Assembly: GCA_038523235.1 (NCBI GenBank)
Contig: JBCBJQ010000004.1
Span: 64,001-128,000, forward strand
Direction: 5' to 3'
Length of the DNA: 64,000 nucleotides
DNA from: Cyanobacteria bacterium J06626_4
GTDB taxonomy: Bacteria; Cyanobacteriota; Cyanobacteriia; Phormidesmidales; Phormidesmidaceae
In this document: piece after piece, positions 32,094-43,269 of the stretch
How positions within the stretch are numbered: position 1 is the first letter of the stretch
Layout: each line of letters starts with the position of its first letter
Program-made: the position numbers and the translations under genes
Notes under the pieces: model-generated
Seen by the model: only the letters and a program-made list of their open reading frames with translations
What the model was told of the DNA's origin: nothing
The model's database searches: none

Positions 32094-32801
32094 CTATGGT
32101 TTGGTCGAGGATGCAGCCGTTGAGAGAGACTGACAATATTGCTGCACCAACAGATCAATGCCGGTAATCGCCGTTCCGACCACTACGGCATGGCTGCCTA
32201 GGGCGATCGCCTGGCGCGCGGCGGCTGGGGTCGCAATGCCTCCCTCACACAGACACGGGGTCGGCAACCGCTTGACTAAGTCGGCCAGTAAGTCAAAGCC
32301 TGGAGGTGTTAAATCAGCCGTTGCCGAGGTATAGCCATAGAGCGTTGTGCCTAACAGATCGGCTCCGGCTGTGACTGCTGCCGTTGCCGAAGCCACGGTA
32401 TCAACGTCAGCCATCACCGGTTTTTGGAGATCGGTGCGGATACGCTCAATCAGCGGTGCCAGCGTTTCTCCCTCAGGGCGAGGGCGCAGTGTGGCGTCGA
32501 TCGCAATAATATCGGCTCCCGCTTGGGCCACGGCTTCGGCATGACAATACTGCGGTGTGATGTAAACGTCAGAGCCAGCAATGACCTGCTTCCAGAGGCC
32601 AATGATGGGCACAGAGACCCTCTCCCGCACCGCCGCAATGTGGGCGGGGCTGTCAATGCGCACCCCGACGGCCCCTTGCAAGACTGCCGCTTCGGCCATC
32701 GCTGCAATCATCTCAGGCTGATGCAACGGCGAATTGGCAGGCGCTTGGCAGGAAACGATTAGGCCGCCTTGCAGCGCCGTTAAAATACTGTCAATCGGCA
32801 T
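32094..32801 (-). CDS. nanE: N-acetylmannosamine-6-phosphate 2-epimerase
   Basis: GLIVSCQA, PIIGLWK, VYITP, GTTLYGYT and VVVGTAIT motifs. Confidence 0.94.
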   Translation of the reverse strand: MPIDSILTALQGGLIVSCQAPANSPLHQPEMIAAMAEAAVLQGAVGVRIDSPAHIAAVRERVSVPIIGLWKQVIAGSDVYITPQYCHAEAVAQAGADIIAIDATLRPRPEGETLAPLIERIRTDLQKPVMADVDTVASATAAVTAGADLLGTTLYGYTSATADLTPPGFDLLADLVKRLPTPCLCEGGIATPAAARQAIALGSHAVVVGTAITGIDLLVQQYCQSLSTAASSTKP

Positions 32802-32874
32802 GGTGTCAATATGATGGCGTGAACGGCCCCGTCATTAGACAGTTGGCCCACGCCGAGTGTATCGCAAGCCAGGC

Positions 32875-33306
32875 TTAGGAATTCTCTGGACGAGCCGCGA
32901 GCTGCTGTTGCAGCATATTACTGGCTTGAACAAGGAGCGAGTCATCGGGCTTTTGCGCCAAAATTTTGGCAATAGACTCAACTAAGGGCCAGTTGATCAT
33001 GGCGCCATCGCGAATCGTTTTACTGGCCGCGTAATAGCCGACGTCGGGGGGCACGTCCATCTCGTCTGTTTCGCCCGTTTGCAAGGAGCTGGGCGATCGC
33101 CAAGAAACGACTTTGCTTCTAAGCGTGACTTGAAACCAGGTGATGGCGTCGCCAAGCATCTCGATGGTGACATCAAAGTAGGGTTCGTTCCCTTGATACC
33201 AAATCCGTCTTTTCTCAGTATCGTCTTCAGCCGCCTTCATCAAATCGGGATTGATGGGACGTAATGAACCGCCTAACGCGGCGATCGCAGACTCATCTAA
33301 TTTCAT
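32875..33306 (-). CDS. Conserved hypothetical protein
   Basis: 143-aa ATG ORF that fills the gap between genes; contains a RIWYQGNEPYFD block. Confidence 0.75.
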   Translation of the reverse strand: MKLDESAIAALGGSLRPINPDLMKAAEDDTEKRRIWYQGNEPYFDVTIEMLGDAITWFQVTLRSKVVSWRSPSSLQTGETDEMDVPPDVGYYAASKTIRDGAMINWPLVESIAKILAQKPDDSLLVQASNMLQQQLAARPENS

Positions 33307-33445
33307 AATTGGGGATTAAACACACACGTCGCTATCACCATAAAACCACCCTTCTCTAACTAACCGCGGACACCTGACTCAACCTGCAGAATGTCATGGG
33401 TTAGACACAATCTTTACAAAGTTGCCCCCTGGCTGTCGTAGGCAC

Positions 33446-33473
33446 AAAAAAGGAGCGCTGATCGAGCGCTCCT
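33446..33473 (-). terminator. Intrinsic terminator after desB
   Basis: AGGAGCGCT-N4/5-AGCGCTCCT stem followed by a T run on the minus strand. Confidence 0.8.
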
Positions 33474-33534
33474 CACTATCAACTTTGGCTAATCAAAAAT
33501 CGCGATTGCTGTTCTGGGAAGCTGCGCTGACGAT

Positions 33535-34614
33535 TTAATGTTTGCCCCGAGGCTGGTAATAGACGGGCGAGCCCTGATCAGCCACAAAGTGACAGGCCTT
33601 AGCTGAGCGGAAAAAGCTTTTCCAGATAGGCACATCCGACTGGCGATAGTAGCTGCCGAGCACAGGCTTGATGGCTGCCGTCGCATCCTGCAGATAGTAA
33701 TGTGGAATGCTCAAGAAGATATGGTGGGCTACATGGGTCCCGATGTCGTGGTGAATCGGGTTGAAGATGCCGTAATCGCGATCAATGGTGGACAATGCGC
33801 CTTTTAAGAAATACCAATCGTCGTTGGCATACCAGGGAATATCCGCTTCGGTGTGGTGCAGGAACGTCACCAAATCGAGCCACATTACAAAAATGATGTA
33901 GGGCACGAGGTAGTAAGTGGCCAGAAAGACGAGCCCATACTGATAGCCAATTCCGGCCAGTAGTCCCAACATGCCAATCAGCCAAATTGTGCTGGTTAAC
34001 ACGTCCCACTTTTCTGAGGGTTTGAACAGTGGACTACCGGGCAAGAAGTGTGTGCCACCAGGACGACTGGGCGATCGCCGAAACAGGTAAATTGGGTACG
34101 CCAGCAACGGTAAATAAAATCGGATGAGCTTTTCGGGCCAAGTCATCGCGTCGTATTTGGATGCGGTGACCGGATACCAGCTTTCATCCGTGTCGATGTT
34201 GCCTGTGTTGGCATGGTGCGTGCGGTGACTAATGCGCCAGCCATGATAGGGCACCAAAATTGGCGTGTGGCTGAGATGGCCCACCAGATTGTTCAGCCAC
34301 TTGTGTTTAGAAAATGAACCGTGACCGCAGTCATGGCCTACCACAAACAACGCCCAAAACATGGTGCCCTGGGCAAACCAGAAAATCGGGAGAAACCACC
34401 AAGTATTGATCGCCGCCGCGGCGGCATAGAGACCGGCGATGATGCCCAGATCGAAGAAGAAGTAGGCTAGCGACCGCACGACTGAGGGTTCAAAGCAATA
34501 GGCCGGAATCGCCGACCTCAGATCTTTGAGGGTAAACGGCAGTTCTCCGGCAGGAGGGTTCGGGCTGAGATCAGCCAGTGGTGCCGATTGGTTTGGAGCA
34601 GAGTGTAATTGCAC
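33535..34614 (-). CDS. desB: Omega-3 (delta-15) acyl-lipid desaturase
   Basis: His boxes HDCGH, HRTHH and HVAHH; HANTGNIDTDESW and LKGALSTIDRDYG; GTG start. Confidence 0.94.
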   Translation of the reverse strand: MQLHSAPNQSAPLADLSPNPPAGELPFTLKDLRSAIPAYCFEPSVVRSLAYFFFDLGIIAGLYAAAAAINTWWFLPIFWFAQGTMFWALFVVGHDCGHGSFSKHKWLNNLVGHLSHTPILVPYHGWRISHRTHHANTGNIDTDESWYPVTASKYDAMTWPEKLIRFYLPLLAYPIYLFRRSPSRPGGTHFLPGSPLFKPSEKWDVLTSTIWLIGMLGLLAGIGYQYGLVFLATYYLVPYIIFVMWLDLVTFLHHTEADIPWYANDDWYFLKGALSTIDRDYGIFNPIHHDIGTHVAHHIFLSIPHYYLQDATAAIKPVLGSYYRQSDVPIWKSFFRSAKACHFVADQGSPVYYQPRGKH

Positions 34615-34779
34615 TGGGGTGTTGATATTCCGTATATGGGGTGACTAGCAACGAGCGAGTCAGCACTCACTAAGGCTAGCCATTGACAGCAAGAGAAACT
34701 GAGTTGCAAAGACTAAAGCTCAGAAAACTGTCTGGTTTACAGGCAGTTTTCTGAGCGACGATTGAGCGATGCTAGCCAG

Positions 34780-35829
34780 CTAGCGGACGCTGGAAAAAGG
34801 ACGATAGGCGGTCTGAGCGTCATAGAGATGACAGTTGCGGGTGATTTGCGACATCAGCTGCCACGAAAACTGCCGTACGTAGATATGCTCGCCCCAGTTC
34901 GCCATTAGGCTTTGGTGAGCAGCGCGCAGATTGTAAGAGGGAATACCCACCGAAATGTGATGTGGCACATGCACATTAATGTCGTGGCAAAGCACCTCGA
35001 CCCATTTGGGATAGGTGCAGTGTACCGTGCCTGCCAGCTGCGCCGGTACCGCTGACCACTCCGCCGTCGGCTGAAACTTAATTTCAGGGATGGTGTGATG
35101 CACGATGGTGAAGGTGCTCATCCAGAAGTGATAGCCCAGCCAAGGCAGCAGCCAGAATTTCACAATGCCCCACAGACCAACGGTAAAGTACATCGTGGGA
35201 AAAAAGACGGCAGCAAAAGCCGCCACCACGAGCACTGATGTTTTGACCGCCCGCCGCTCTGCCCCGGCAAACTTACGCCAGTTGAAATGCAGCACGGCCC
35301 AGTGAGCAATGGAGCCGACCCACCAAAAGCGCCCTCTGAGGGCTTGATACCCTGACTGGAGCCAGGTCGGGGCGGCCTTAAAACTCTCGACGGTCCAAGG
35401 CTCCCAAGCGTTATCAACATGCAGCTCGTTGGTGTGCACATGATGATGATCGTGCAGAATTCGCCAGCTATGAAAGGGATAGGCCAAGGGCATCATCATG
35501 ATGTGGCCGACCCAGTTATTTACCCAGCGACGCTTTGCAAAAGACCGATGGGCACAGTCGTGACCAATCACAAATAGCCCGGTGGCGGCAGTACCGGTGA
35601 AAAACCAGGCAAAGGGCAGTAAATACCAAGGCGAGAGCGCGATCGCCGCGCTGCCTACAGCCACACCAGCCAGAGTGATTAAGACTGAAAACCAGGCTTT
35701 GCGCCAGTCTTTTTCAAAACAAGATTTAGGAATCGTCCGAATTACGTCGCTCAACTTCAGGTCACTCAGCGCTGAAGCTGATTCTGCTAGGGTAGGCACC
35801 TTAGCAGAAGAGGGTAGGGTAGCAGTCAT
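34780..35829 (-). CDS. desA: Delta-12 acyl-lipid desaturase
   Basis: His boxes HDCAH, HDHHH and [19 protein letters not shown] and IPSYNLR motifs. Confidence 0.94.
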   Translation of the reverse strand: MTATLPSSAKVPTLAESASALSDLKLSDVIRTIPKSCFEKDWRKAWFSVLITLAGVAVGSAAIALSPWYLLPFAWFFTGTAATGLFVIGHDCAHRSFAKRRWVNNWVGHIMMMPLAYPFHSWRILHDHHHVHTNELHVDNAWEPWTVESFKAAPTWLQSGYQALRGRFWWVGSIAHWAVLHFNWRKFAGAERRAVKTSVLVVAAFAAVFFPTMYFTVGLWGIVKFWLLPWLGYHFWMSTFTIVHHTIPEIKFQPTAEWSAVPAQLAGTVHCTYPKWVEVLCHDINVHVPHHISVGIPSYNLRAAHQSLMANWGEHIYVRQFSWQLMSQITRNCHLYDAQTAYRPFSSVR

Positions 35830-36603
35830 TCATAGCCTCGAATAGAACCAGACTTGCATCAGCCGACAACCGAAACTAGACCTGCACCAGGGCTAGCTCA
35901 GCCGAGACAGGTGTATCTGAAGGTGTCTTTACGATAAGTTTCGTCAATGAAGACCCCAGGGCTGTCAAAAAAACGCAAAAAGTCTGATATGCAAACCCCA
36001 GTAGTCTACCGCATGGTGGATGGCTGCAGGATCACAGTCTGAGGTCAAATCAGAAGTTCTCACGGATGGGCGGTCGCACCCTACAGAAAATCTAATCAGA
36101 GTCAGCCTATAAATTCTTCAACATGACGCCCTGAGTACCGTTTTTGTCACCAGGATATGGTCTGGACTGACTGGGTCACCAAAAATTCGATGATTGAATA
36201 TTGATGCCTGTGTGGGCTTGAAGACTGTGGCCGCAACTATCCAGAATAGAGATGAAATAACGTGGGATCGCTGGGACGATGATTTCTAGGGATGATTGTT
36301 TGACAAGAGAAAGTTAGCTGTAATGCACCGTTTCTATGAAGTCTCAAGAGGAAACCATCCTAAAAAAGCCAGCTTCATTTTTTTCCTTGTTTAGAGAATC
36401 TCCCTTGCCGCCGATTCCCAATTAGGCAAGATCTTTAACCGACAAGAATTGGACTAGATAAAATCCTGATTCTTCAGGGGGCGGTGCAGGAATAACATCC
36501 TCAGAATAGAGACGCTGGCCGGCTAGATTGGGCAATTTGCCACCTCTTTGATCGGGATGTTTTTGGCGCAACTTACTGGTGGTGGGGAGCGATCGCCGAG
36601 TGT

Positions 36604-38325
36604 TTAAAAGCCCAAGTCGGCCTTGGCGGCTTCAGACGCTTTGAACAAGGGCTCGTCAGGCATTTCATCCCAAGCCGTCGCGCCGATATCGCTATAAAAC
36701 TGCGCGTCATAAGCGCGCGTGCGGACGACGACGGGCATCGGCGTGGCGTGACCGAGGATCAGTGCCTGCTGCTTTGAGTCCAACTTGGCCAGCACCGATC
36801 GCAGGCTTTGTGCTCCCGACACCCCGGTAAAAATCGCATCGATATCTTTTTCATCATTGAGCAGGGCAGTGATGCGCGTACCGATTTGTGACATGACTTC
36901 GTTATCAATGCCCGAAGGTCGCTGATCGACGACTAGCAACGTGACAAAATACTTCCGCATCTCGCGGGCGATGGTGCCAAAAATGGTTTGGCGCGCCGTG
37001 GCCGGATCGAGAAACCGGTGCGCTTCTTCAATCGTAATCATCAACTGTTGGGGGCGATCACTCGGATTTTTAGTCTGTAAAAACCGCTCAGCTTTTTGCA
37101 CATAAATCGCGTGAATACGGCGAGCAATTACATTAGTTGCCAACATATATGACAGCAGATTGGATTGCGAACCAAACTCTACCACCACATGCTTACCTTC
37201 GTTGATGGCCGTCAAAATCTGACCGACATAGTTGTGGGGGCAGGCGGCGCGAATATATTTCAAATCGGCGAGGCGATTGAGCTTACGCTGCAGCGCCATG
37301 ATGGAAGACTTGTTGCCCATCTTGGTTTCGCAGAAGTCTTGAATTTCCTCGTTGGTGAGGGTGAGTAGCCGGTTAATCCATCCCTTGCCAAACTCGTTGC
37401 GCAGAATGATGGCATTCTCTAAGCTGGCTTCCGACAGGTTCAGTTCGGTGCGGACTAGCATCAAATCTTCTACATCAATTTGGTCGAAGCTGATGTAAAG
37501 CTCTTGAGCATCGCGTACGCCGCGTCGTTTGGTCGCTTCGGGGTCGAGGGTGAAGATCTGCACCTGGCCGGGAAACAGCTGGCGCAGTCCTTTGACGGTG
37601 CTGAAATGCTTACCCTCACTAACGGCCTCCCAGCCGTATTCTGAGTGCATGTCAAAAATCAGGTTGACCGCTGCCTGCCGCTGAATCGTGCCCGACAGCA
37701 ATACTCTGGTCAAAAAAGACTTGCCCGTGCCCGATTTGCCAAAGATGCCGTTACTGCGCTCGACAAAGCGATCCAGATCCAAGCAAATGGGCACCGCCAT
37801 ATCAATGGGCTGACCGATCACAAAATTGCGTCGGTGAGGATCATCCTCCCAGCCAAACACGATGCGAAAGTCGCGCTCGGCGGCGTCATAGACCTGACTA
37901 AAGTGGCTGGGAATCGTCTTGACTGGCAGCAGTTCTACCGGCGCACTGCTCTGCACCTGATAGGATGCCGCTCCGTTTTGGCGCTTGGCTGCTTTGGCGT
38001 GGTTTTTGGGATTAGAGCTGTCGAGATCTTGGGGGGTAAACATCAGCATGGGGCTGAGGCTAGCGGTGCCGTAGGTGCCCGTGCCCGAAAGCACTTCTTG
38101 CAGAAAGAGGTTGGCAGGTTCGGGCGGATTGGCGAGGATGCGGGCGCTGGCAGTACCTAAGGCGAGATCGGTCAGCATGCAAAAGAAGCGCGATCGCCGC
38201 CCCTGCACGATCAAAAACTTGCCCACTCGCAGATCTTCAACCGACACGTCGGGGTGCAGACGCACCTCTAATCCCCGAATTAGGGATCCTTCAATGACCG
38301 AACCCAGCGGCTTGCCAAATTCCAT
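36604..38325 (-). CDS. HerA-like ATPase/helicase (HAS barrel + DUF87)
   Basis: N-terminal HAS-barrel-like region, Walker A GKSGTGKS, FDMHSEYG, Walker B IEEAHRF, and IAREMRKY...DQRPS. Confidence 0.9.
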   Translation of the reverse strand: MEFGKPLGSVIEGSLIRGLEVRLHPDVSVEDLRVGKFLIVQGRRSRFFCMLTDLALGTASARILANPPEPANLFLQEVLSGTGTYGTASLSPMLMFTPQDLDSSNPKNHAKAAKRQNGAASYQVQSSAPVELLPVKTIPSHFSQVYDAAERDFRIVFGWEDDPHRRNFVIGQPIDMAVPICLDLDRFVERSNGIFGKSGTGKSFLTRVLLSGTIQRQAAVNLIFDMHSEYGWEAVSEGKHFSTVKGLRQLFPGQVQIFTLDPEATKRRGVRDAQELYISFDQIDVEDLMLVRTELNLSEASLENAIILRNEFGKGWINRLLTLTNEEIQDFCETKMGNKSSIMALQRKLNRLADLKYIRAACPHNYVGQILTAINEGKHVVVEFGSQSNLLSYMLATNVIARRIHAIYVQKAERFLQTKNPSDRPQQLMITIEEAHRFLDPATARQTIFGTIAREMRKYFVTLLVVDQRPSGIDNEVMSQIGTRITALLNDEKDIDAIFTGVSGAQSLRSVLAKLDSKQQALILGHATPMPVVVRTRAYDAQFYSDIGATAWDEMPDEPLFKASEAAKADLGF

Positions 38326-38638
38326 CGGGTTTCTCCGTCCTTGCTGTCAGTCATGGTAGCCCGTTTGAGTTAGTTTAATACATTTGTTTCTTAGTTCAAA
38401 TGTCTTGGCGGCGGCGGTGTCGGTTCAACGGGGCGATATCTGGCCTGAGGTGTCGATGGTTGCTGTGTTTAAGTTGCTGGAGCTCTGGTGAGGCGTGCTG
38501 GGGCGATCGCGCCACAGGCCCCTGAGCTGTCTCCTTACCGGTGAACCACAAAAGCGCGGTGCCTGTATCTCGAGGAAGGTTGATGACGATTCTCAGACGA
38601 TCTGATCGAAAGAGAAAACCCGTTGGATAGGCTTCCTA

Positions 38639-38754
38639 ATACCAGTTCTGCAAAATAGCGCTACAGATCGGCGATCCCCCGCTGTCGCTGCCCCCTTGTC
38701 GAAGGGGGCTACACACTTTTTGGGATGTGTAGTCTAAATTCAGCGAATTGGTAT
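38639..38754. mobile_element. Short MITE-like element with terminal inverted repeats
   Basis: The ends ATACCAGTTC and GAATTGGTAT form a 9/10 inverted repeat. Sub-terminal CTACAGAT/ATGTGTAG and internal hairpins GCCCCCTT..AAGGGGGC and CTACAC..GTGTAG are also present. Confidence 0.65.
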
Positions 38755-39035
38755 AACCTGCCCCAACCCAAACTATTTGCTGACCGCTGAACGGCTAGGA
38801 TGGCCATTAAACCCGACTCGGTATCGGCTGCTGAGGACTGGGGGCTAGCGTTGGGGGAGTTGACGGGCAGGAGTATCAGCATCGCGCGGAAAGTCTCGTC
38901 TACCCGCCCCCTTGCAATTAAGAACCAATGTTGTTCAAACGATTGGCAAAAAAGAAGGTAGAAAGCTTTTGCTCTCTACCTGTCGCTACCATCAAGTCTG
39001 TCAACTCAGACGTTTGAGATATCCGGGTTCTGCAG

Positions 39036-39578
39036 TTAGAACTGATAGCCCACGCCGGTTTGCAGGGAGATGGCGGTATTGCCGCCTTCGCGATAGCCAC
39101 CAAAGGCAATAATGGCGTTGCCAAACAGCGCTAGACGACTGTTCGGAAACATGTAGTCGATACCGGGCTGCAAGACAAAGGCCGTCGCATTACCCACCGG
39201 TGAAGGATCGTCTTCGTCGCCAGTAGGAAACGAAACGCCTGCGCCGAGGTAAATATCAGCATTCCAGCTCAAGGGGTAGTCATAGGAAACGGTCGGCACC
39301 AGAGTCAAATTATTGCCAAAGATGAAGGCTGTCGCCCGTAGCGACACCGGCATCCGCAAGAAGCGATAGCGTCCGGTAATCACGCCGCCAAACCCATCAC
39401 CTCGGCCCGTTTCAGCTTCCTCAGTTAGGCCAAACGCGGCACCAATACCGACATAGCTGCCGTAAGCGGCTTGCGCATTGGCCGCCTTCGGAGCCATCAC
39501 GGCAGAAGCCCCCGCTAGTGCCCCACCCAGGGCAGAGGCGATCGCTGCCTGCATCAACCGACGTTTGATCTGTTTCAT
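39036..39578 (-). CDS. Small outer-membrane beta-barrel-like protein
   Basis: Signal peptide ending A-N-A, alternating amphipathic strands (SYVGIGA, IYLGAGVSF) and C-terminal GVGYQF (BAM-type signal). Confidence 0.75.
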   Translation of the reverse strand: MKQIKRRLMQAAIASALGGALAGASAVMAPKAANAQAAYGSYVGIGAAFGLTEEAETGRGDGFGGVITGRYRFLRMPVSLRATAFIFGNNLTLVPTVSYDYPLSWNADIYLGAGVSFPTGDEDDPSPVGNATAFVLQPGIDYMFPNSRLALFGNAIIAFGGYREGGNTAISLQTGVGYQF

Positions 39579-39784
39579 TTCGAATCACTCCTCAGGCAGG
39601 CAATTAATACACAGAGATAGCGCTTTCGCAGCTACCCGCCGCTGCCAGCATGCACGCCAAAACTGAATCTTGACAACGCCCCACAGAATCATTGAAAACC
39701 CTTGTCAGTAAAAAGGTTCAAGCAATGTTAAGTGAGATGTCACGCGTTAATTCAAGCAAACAACTCCGGATTCGCTAGACTATT

Positions 39785-39802
39785 GTTACAAAACTTTGCA
39801 AT
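39785..39802. promoter_or_regulatory. HLR1-like direct repeat upstream of the beta-barrel gene
   Basis: GTTACAAA-AC-TTTGCAAT is one mismatch from the HLR1 consensus. Confidence 0.5.
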
Positions 39803-39810
39803 AAGTGGAA

Positions 39811-42800
39811 TTAGCCCGTGTTCCTCATGCCAGCGGCGATTCCGTTGATGGTGAGCAAGGCACCGCGCAGTAATTCTTCCCGGCTGTATCGAGATTTGAT
39901 GACACCCGAGACGGCGCTGCGATAATGGCGCAGTCGCTTCAACAAAGCCACCTGAATGAAGCCTAGGGGCACGATGGTGCCGTTGCGTAGATGGACTGAG
40001 CGCTGTAGATCGGGATCGCCATCGAGCAGGCGACGATGGCCGGTAATCGTCAAGATGATCTCTGACGTGGTGAAAAACTCTTCAGAAATTTGCTCGAAGA
40101 GAACGTGGAACCGTTCTTGATCTGACGTCTGCGTCAGCTCGTGAACATAGTGCTCCGCAATTTGTAGATCCACTTTAGCCAAGGTCATCTCAACTTTAGA
40201 GATGACCATCTTGAAGAACGGCCATTTTTGATAAAAATAGCGCAGCAGCTTCAGACGCTCTTCGGGGTCTTCGGCCAGAAACTCTTGTAGAGCCGTGCCA
40301 ACGCCATACCAGGCGGGTAGCAAAAATCGGGCCTGCGTCCAGCTAAAGACCCAGGGGATGGCCCGGAGGCTGTCTAGGGTTTTCTTGCCCTTACGACGAG
40401 CGGGGCGCGAACTGATCTGCAGCTGACTAATCTCTTCGATCGGGGTGACCTGGTGAAAGAAATCAACAAAGTCGGCCTGTTCGTAGATCAGCGCCCGATA
40501 ATGTCGTCGTGAGCTGGCTGCCAACTCTTCCATGATTTCGTTCCAGGGCTCGATCTCATCGACGCTGCTGTGCAGCAGGCTGCCCTGAATGACGGCGGTG
40601 GCGACGGTTTCTAGGTTGTACAGAGCGAGGTCGGGTAGATTATATTTTGAGGCCAACACCTCTCCCTGCTCGGTGATTTTGATGCGTCCATTCAAGCTGG
40701 CTCCAGGTTGAGCCAAAATGGCTTCGTAGGCAGGGCCCCCGCCCCGGCCTACCGAACCGCCGCGACCGTGAAAGATGCGCAGCGCGATGCCAAAGTCATC
40801 GGCAGTGGCCTGCAGGGCCTGCTGAGCTTTGTGGATTTCCCAGTTGCTGCTGAGAAAGCCGGAGTCTTTGTTGCTGTCGGAGTAGCCCAGCATCACTTCC
40901 TGAATCGGTTTGGGCACCGGCTCAGAATTCGTGATTGCTTCCGATCTCCCGCCCTGGGTCACCGCGCGATAGAGCGGTAGATCAAACAGCGATCGCATCA
41001 CTGAGGGCGCCCGCTTCAGGTCTTCCACTGTTTCAAACAGCGGCACTGGTTGAATGCTGGCTTCCCACGTCGCGGGATCAAAGAGTCCGGCTTCTTTAGC
41101 GAGCAGCAGCACCTCTAGCAGGTCGCTGACCGTGTGGCTCATGCTGATGACGTAGCTATGGCAGATTTTCGGGCCAAACTCTCGCTGCAGACGCCTGACC
41201 ATCCGAAACGTTTCGACCGTTTCACAAGTTGTGGTCGAGAAGGGCAACTCAGCGGGCACCAGGGGACGCCGAGTTTGCAGTTCCTTAATCAGCCAGGCCG
41301 TTTTCTCCGCTTCGGATAAATCGTTGTAGGGCTTGGGCAGCACCTGCAGGTAGGCCGTGACTTCGTCGATCGCATCCGAATGGCGGGAGCTTTCCTGCCG
41401 GAGATCCAGCTCGGCTAAGACAAAGCCGTACAGCTCAACCTGGCAAATAATTTGCTCTAGCTCACCACAGACCATGCCGGTGGCGTTGAGATCGCGCTGC
41501 ATGAGTCGCAAATCTTCGAGGAAATCATTGCCTGCTAGATAAAGCGACAGATCGACACCATCGCCCTGATCTTCTTGCAGCAGGTCACCTTGATACAATC
41601 GCTGACTGCGCTGCAGGGTGTTTTCTAGCCGCTGCTGCATGTAAGCAAGCTTGAGCCGGTAAGGTTCTTGGCGATAGCGAATCGCCCAGCGCTCGTAAAC
41701 CTCAGGCATCACTTGCTGGTCTTGGTCCAAAGAATCTAATAACTCAGGCTGTACTTCGCTCCAGTGCAGTGACAGGCTCAGAAGCTTGGTCAGGTGATCA
41801 AGGGCATCAATATACTTTTCTAGTACCAGGTTGCGCTGGTAGCAGGCGGTTTTCCAGGTAACTTCGGGGGTGACAGAGGGGTTGCCGTCGCGATCAGAGC
41901 CGACCCAAGAGCCAAACCGACAAAACTGCGGCAAGGGTGGGCGGAGCGTGGGAAAGGTATTGTTGAGCGATCGCTTGATGCGCTGATACAGCTGCGGCAA
42001 GGCATCGAACAGCACTACATCAAAATAGTGCAGCGTGTAGTCCACCTCATCCAGCACTGACGGCTTGAACTGGTGTAGCTCGTCAGTGCGCCACCACAGC
42101 CGAATTTCTTCAGTCAGCTGTTCTTTAAGGCTGTCAATTTCCCAGCTCGACGCCACGCCCATGGTCTGCACCGAATCTTCGGCCTGATCGAGTCGTCGAA
42201 AAATCGAGGCAATGCGGCGCTGCTTGTCGCGAATTGTGTGGCGCACAATCTCGGTGGGGTGGGCCGTAAAGACCAACCGAATATCGAGATTATCCATTAG
42301 CCGCTGAATCAACTGCGGCGGTACATTTAGCTGCTTGAGGGTCGGAAAAAGCCAGTGAAAGGTACCGGCATCGCGATAGCTGGTTGGCAGTAGCTGATAG
42401 TCCAGGGTCGATTGGCGTTGGGGCAGCGGTTTTTGATGCGGTTCGGGCTTACCTTCGGCGTTCGTTTGCTGGGGGCGAATGGTGGCTAAGCCCGCGATCG
42501 CCGAGGAGATATCCACATCGCCGTAGGCGGCCCGATACTGTTGCTGCTGCCCCTGCTGTTCGTAATGTTGCTCAACGCTGTTGATCAGCTGAAAATACAG
42601 CGCAAACGCCCGCGCTACCCGAATGGCATCTTGCAGTTCGAGGTCTTCGACCACCTGCACCACGGTTTGCACGCTGACGGCCCGAGCGGCTGGGGCCTGG
42701 CCCTCTTCAGAGCAGAGACGACGCAGCTGATGCAGCAGCGTCAGGAGCTCTTGACCACACTCGTTGCGCAGCACCGACTCCCAAATATCCTCCACCATCT

Positions 42801-42930
42801 TGATGCGTCGCTGCACGCGCAAACTATAGGCTGAGCCTGGGGGCGTAATCGACACACTGGCAGCAGACTCAAGAATGGCTTCGCTGGTAGTTGGCATGTT
42901 CTCAGATGAAGTTGGCAGAGTGGATGTCAT
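39811..42930 (-). CDS. ppc: Phosphoenolpyruvate carboxylase
   Basis: [59 protein letters not shown] and C-terminal GMRNTG. Confidence 0.98.
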   Translation of the reverse strand: MTSTLPTSSENMPTTSEAILESAASVSITPPGSAYSLRVQRRIKMVEDIWESVLRNECGQELLTLLHQLRRLCSEEGQAPAARAVSVQTVVQVVEDLELQDAIRVARAFALYFQLINSVEQHYEQQGQQQQYRAAYGDVDISSAIAGLATIRPQQTNAEGKPEPHQKPLPQRQSTLDYQLLPTSYRDAGTFHWLFPTLKQLNVPPQLIQRLMDNLDIRLVFTAHPTEIVRHTIRDKQRRIASIFRRLDQAEDSVQTMGVASSWEIDSLKEQLTEEIRLWWRTDELHQFKPSVLDEVDYTLHYFDVVLFDALPQLYQRIKRSLNNTFPTLRPPLPQFCRFGSWVGSDRDGNPSVTPEVTWKTACYQRNLVLEKYIDALDHLTKLLSLSLHWSEVQPELLDSLDQDQQVMPEVYERWAIRYRQEPYRLKLAYMQQRLENTLQRSQRLYQGDLLQEDQGDGVDLSLYLAGNDFLEDLRLMQRDLNATGMVCGELEQIICQVELYGFVLAELDLRQESSRHSDAIDEVTAYLQVLPKPYNDLSEAEKTAWLIKELQTRRPLVPAELPFSTTTCETVETFRMVRRLQREFGPKICHSYVISMSHTVSDLLEVLLLAKEAGLFDPATWEASIQPVPLFETVEDLKRAPSVMRSLFDLPLYRAVTQGGRSEAITNSEPVPKPIQEVMLGYSDSNKDSGFLSSNWEIHKAQQALQATADDFGIALRIFHGRGGSVGRGGGPAYEAILAQPGASLNGRIKITEQGEVLASKYNLPDLALYNLETVATAVIQGSLLHSSVDEIEPWNEIMEELAASSRRHYRALIYEQADFVDFFHQVTPIEEISQLQISSRPARRKGKKTLDSLRAIPWVFSWTQARFLLPAWYGVGTALQEFLAEDPEERLKLLRYFYQKWPFFKMVISKVEMTLAKVDLQIAEHYVHELTQTSDQERFHVLFEQISEEFFTTSEIILTITGHRRLLDGDPDLQRSVHLRNGTIVPLGFIQVALLKRLRHYRSAVSGVIKSRYSREELLRGALLTINGIAAGMRNTG

Positions 42931-43014
42931 AAAGTTAAAGCATCGTCGCAGGAACACGAAGTCGAGTGTGGCCAGGCTCCATGAGGAACGGTCATGGCGG
43001 TGCCATGGCTACGG

Positions 43015-43269
43015 CTATTCGATGTCGGTTTCATCGATGTGATCAGACCGCCCAGAGACATTTTGTAAATTCGGTAAGCGTTCACCGCGAAACACTTCTT
43101 CACTGGCGAGGCCGACCTGAGTCAAGGCATCCGCACATGCTCGAATGCCGACAAGCGCGACCAATAATGGCCCCGTCATGAGGCTTATTACCATATTGGA
43201 CGCGCCCGGAATGTTCACGCGTTCAGAAATTGCGGGGAATTGTTGAGAATCTTTAGACGGAGTCGTCAT
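43015..43269 (-). CDS. Small conserved cyanobacterial hypothetical protein
   Basis: 84-aa ORF with a hydrophobic stretch followed by G.ASEEVFRGERLP, directly upstream of ppc. Confidence 0.7.
   Translation of the reverse strand: MTTPSKDSQQFPAISERVNIPGASNMVISLMTGPLLVALVGIRACADALTQVGLASEEVFRGERLPNLQNVSGRSDHIDETDIE

Noticed and set aside
36242..36512. CAGAATAGAGA occurring twice about 260 bp apart
   Set aside because: Only two 11-bp copies with no inverted ends or spacer array; compatible with chance, and not a CRISPR array or IS.
36604..38325. HerA as part of an anti-phage system (e.g. Sir2-HerA)
   Set aside because: No effector gene is adjacent. The HAS-barrel architecture and core-gene context fit the housekeeping repair-type HerA.
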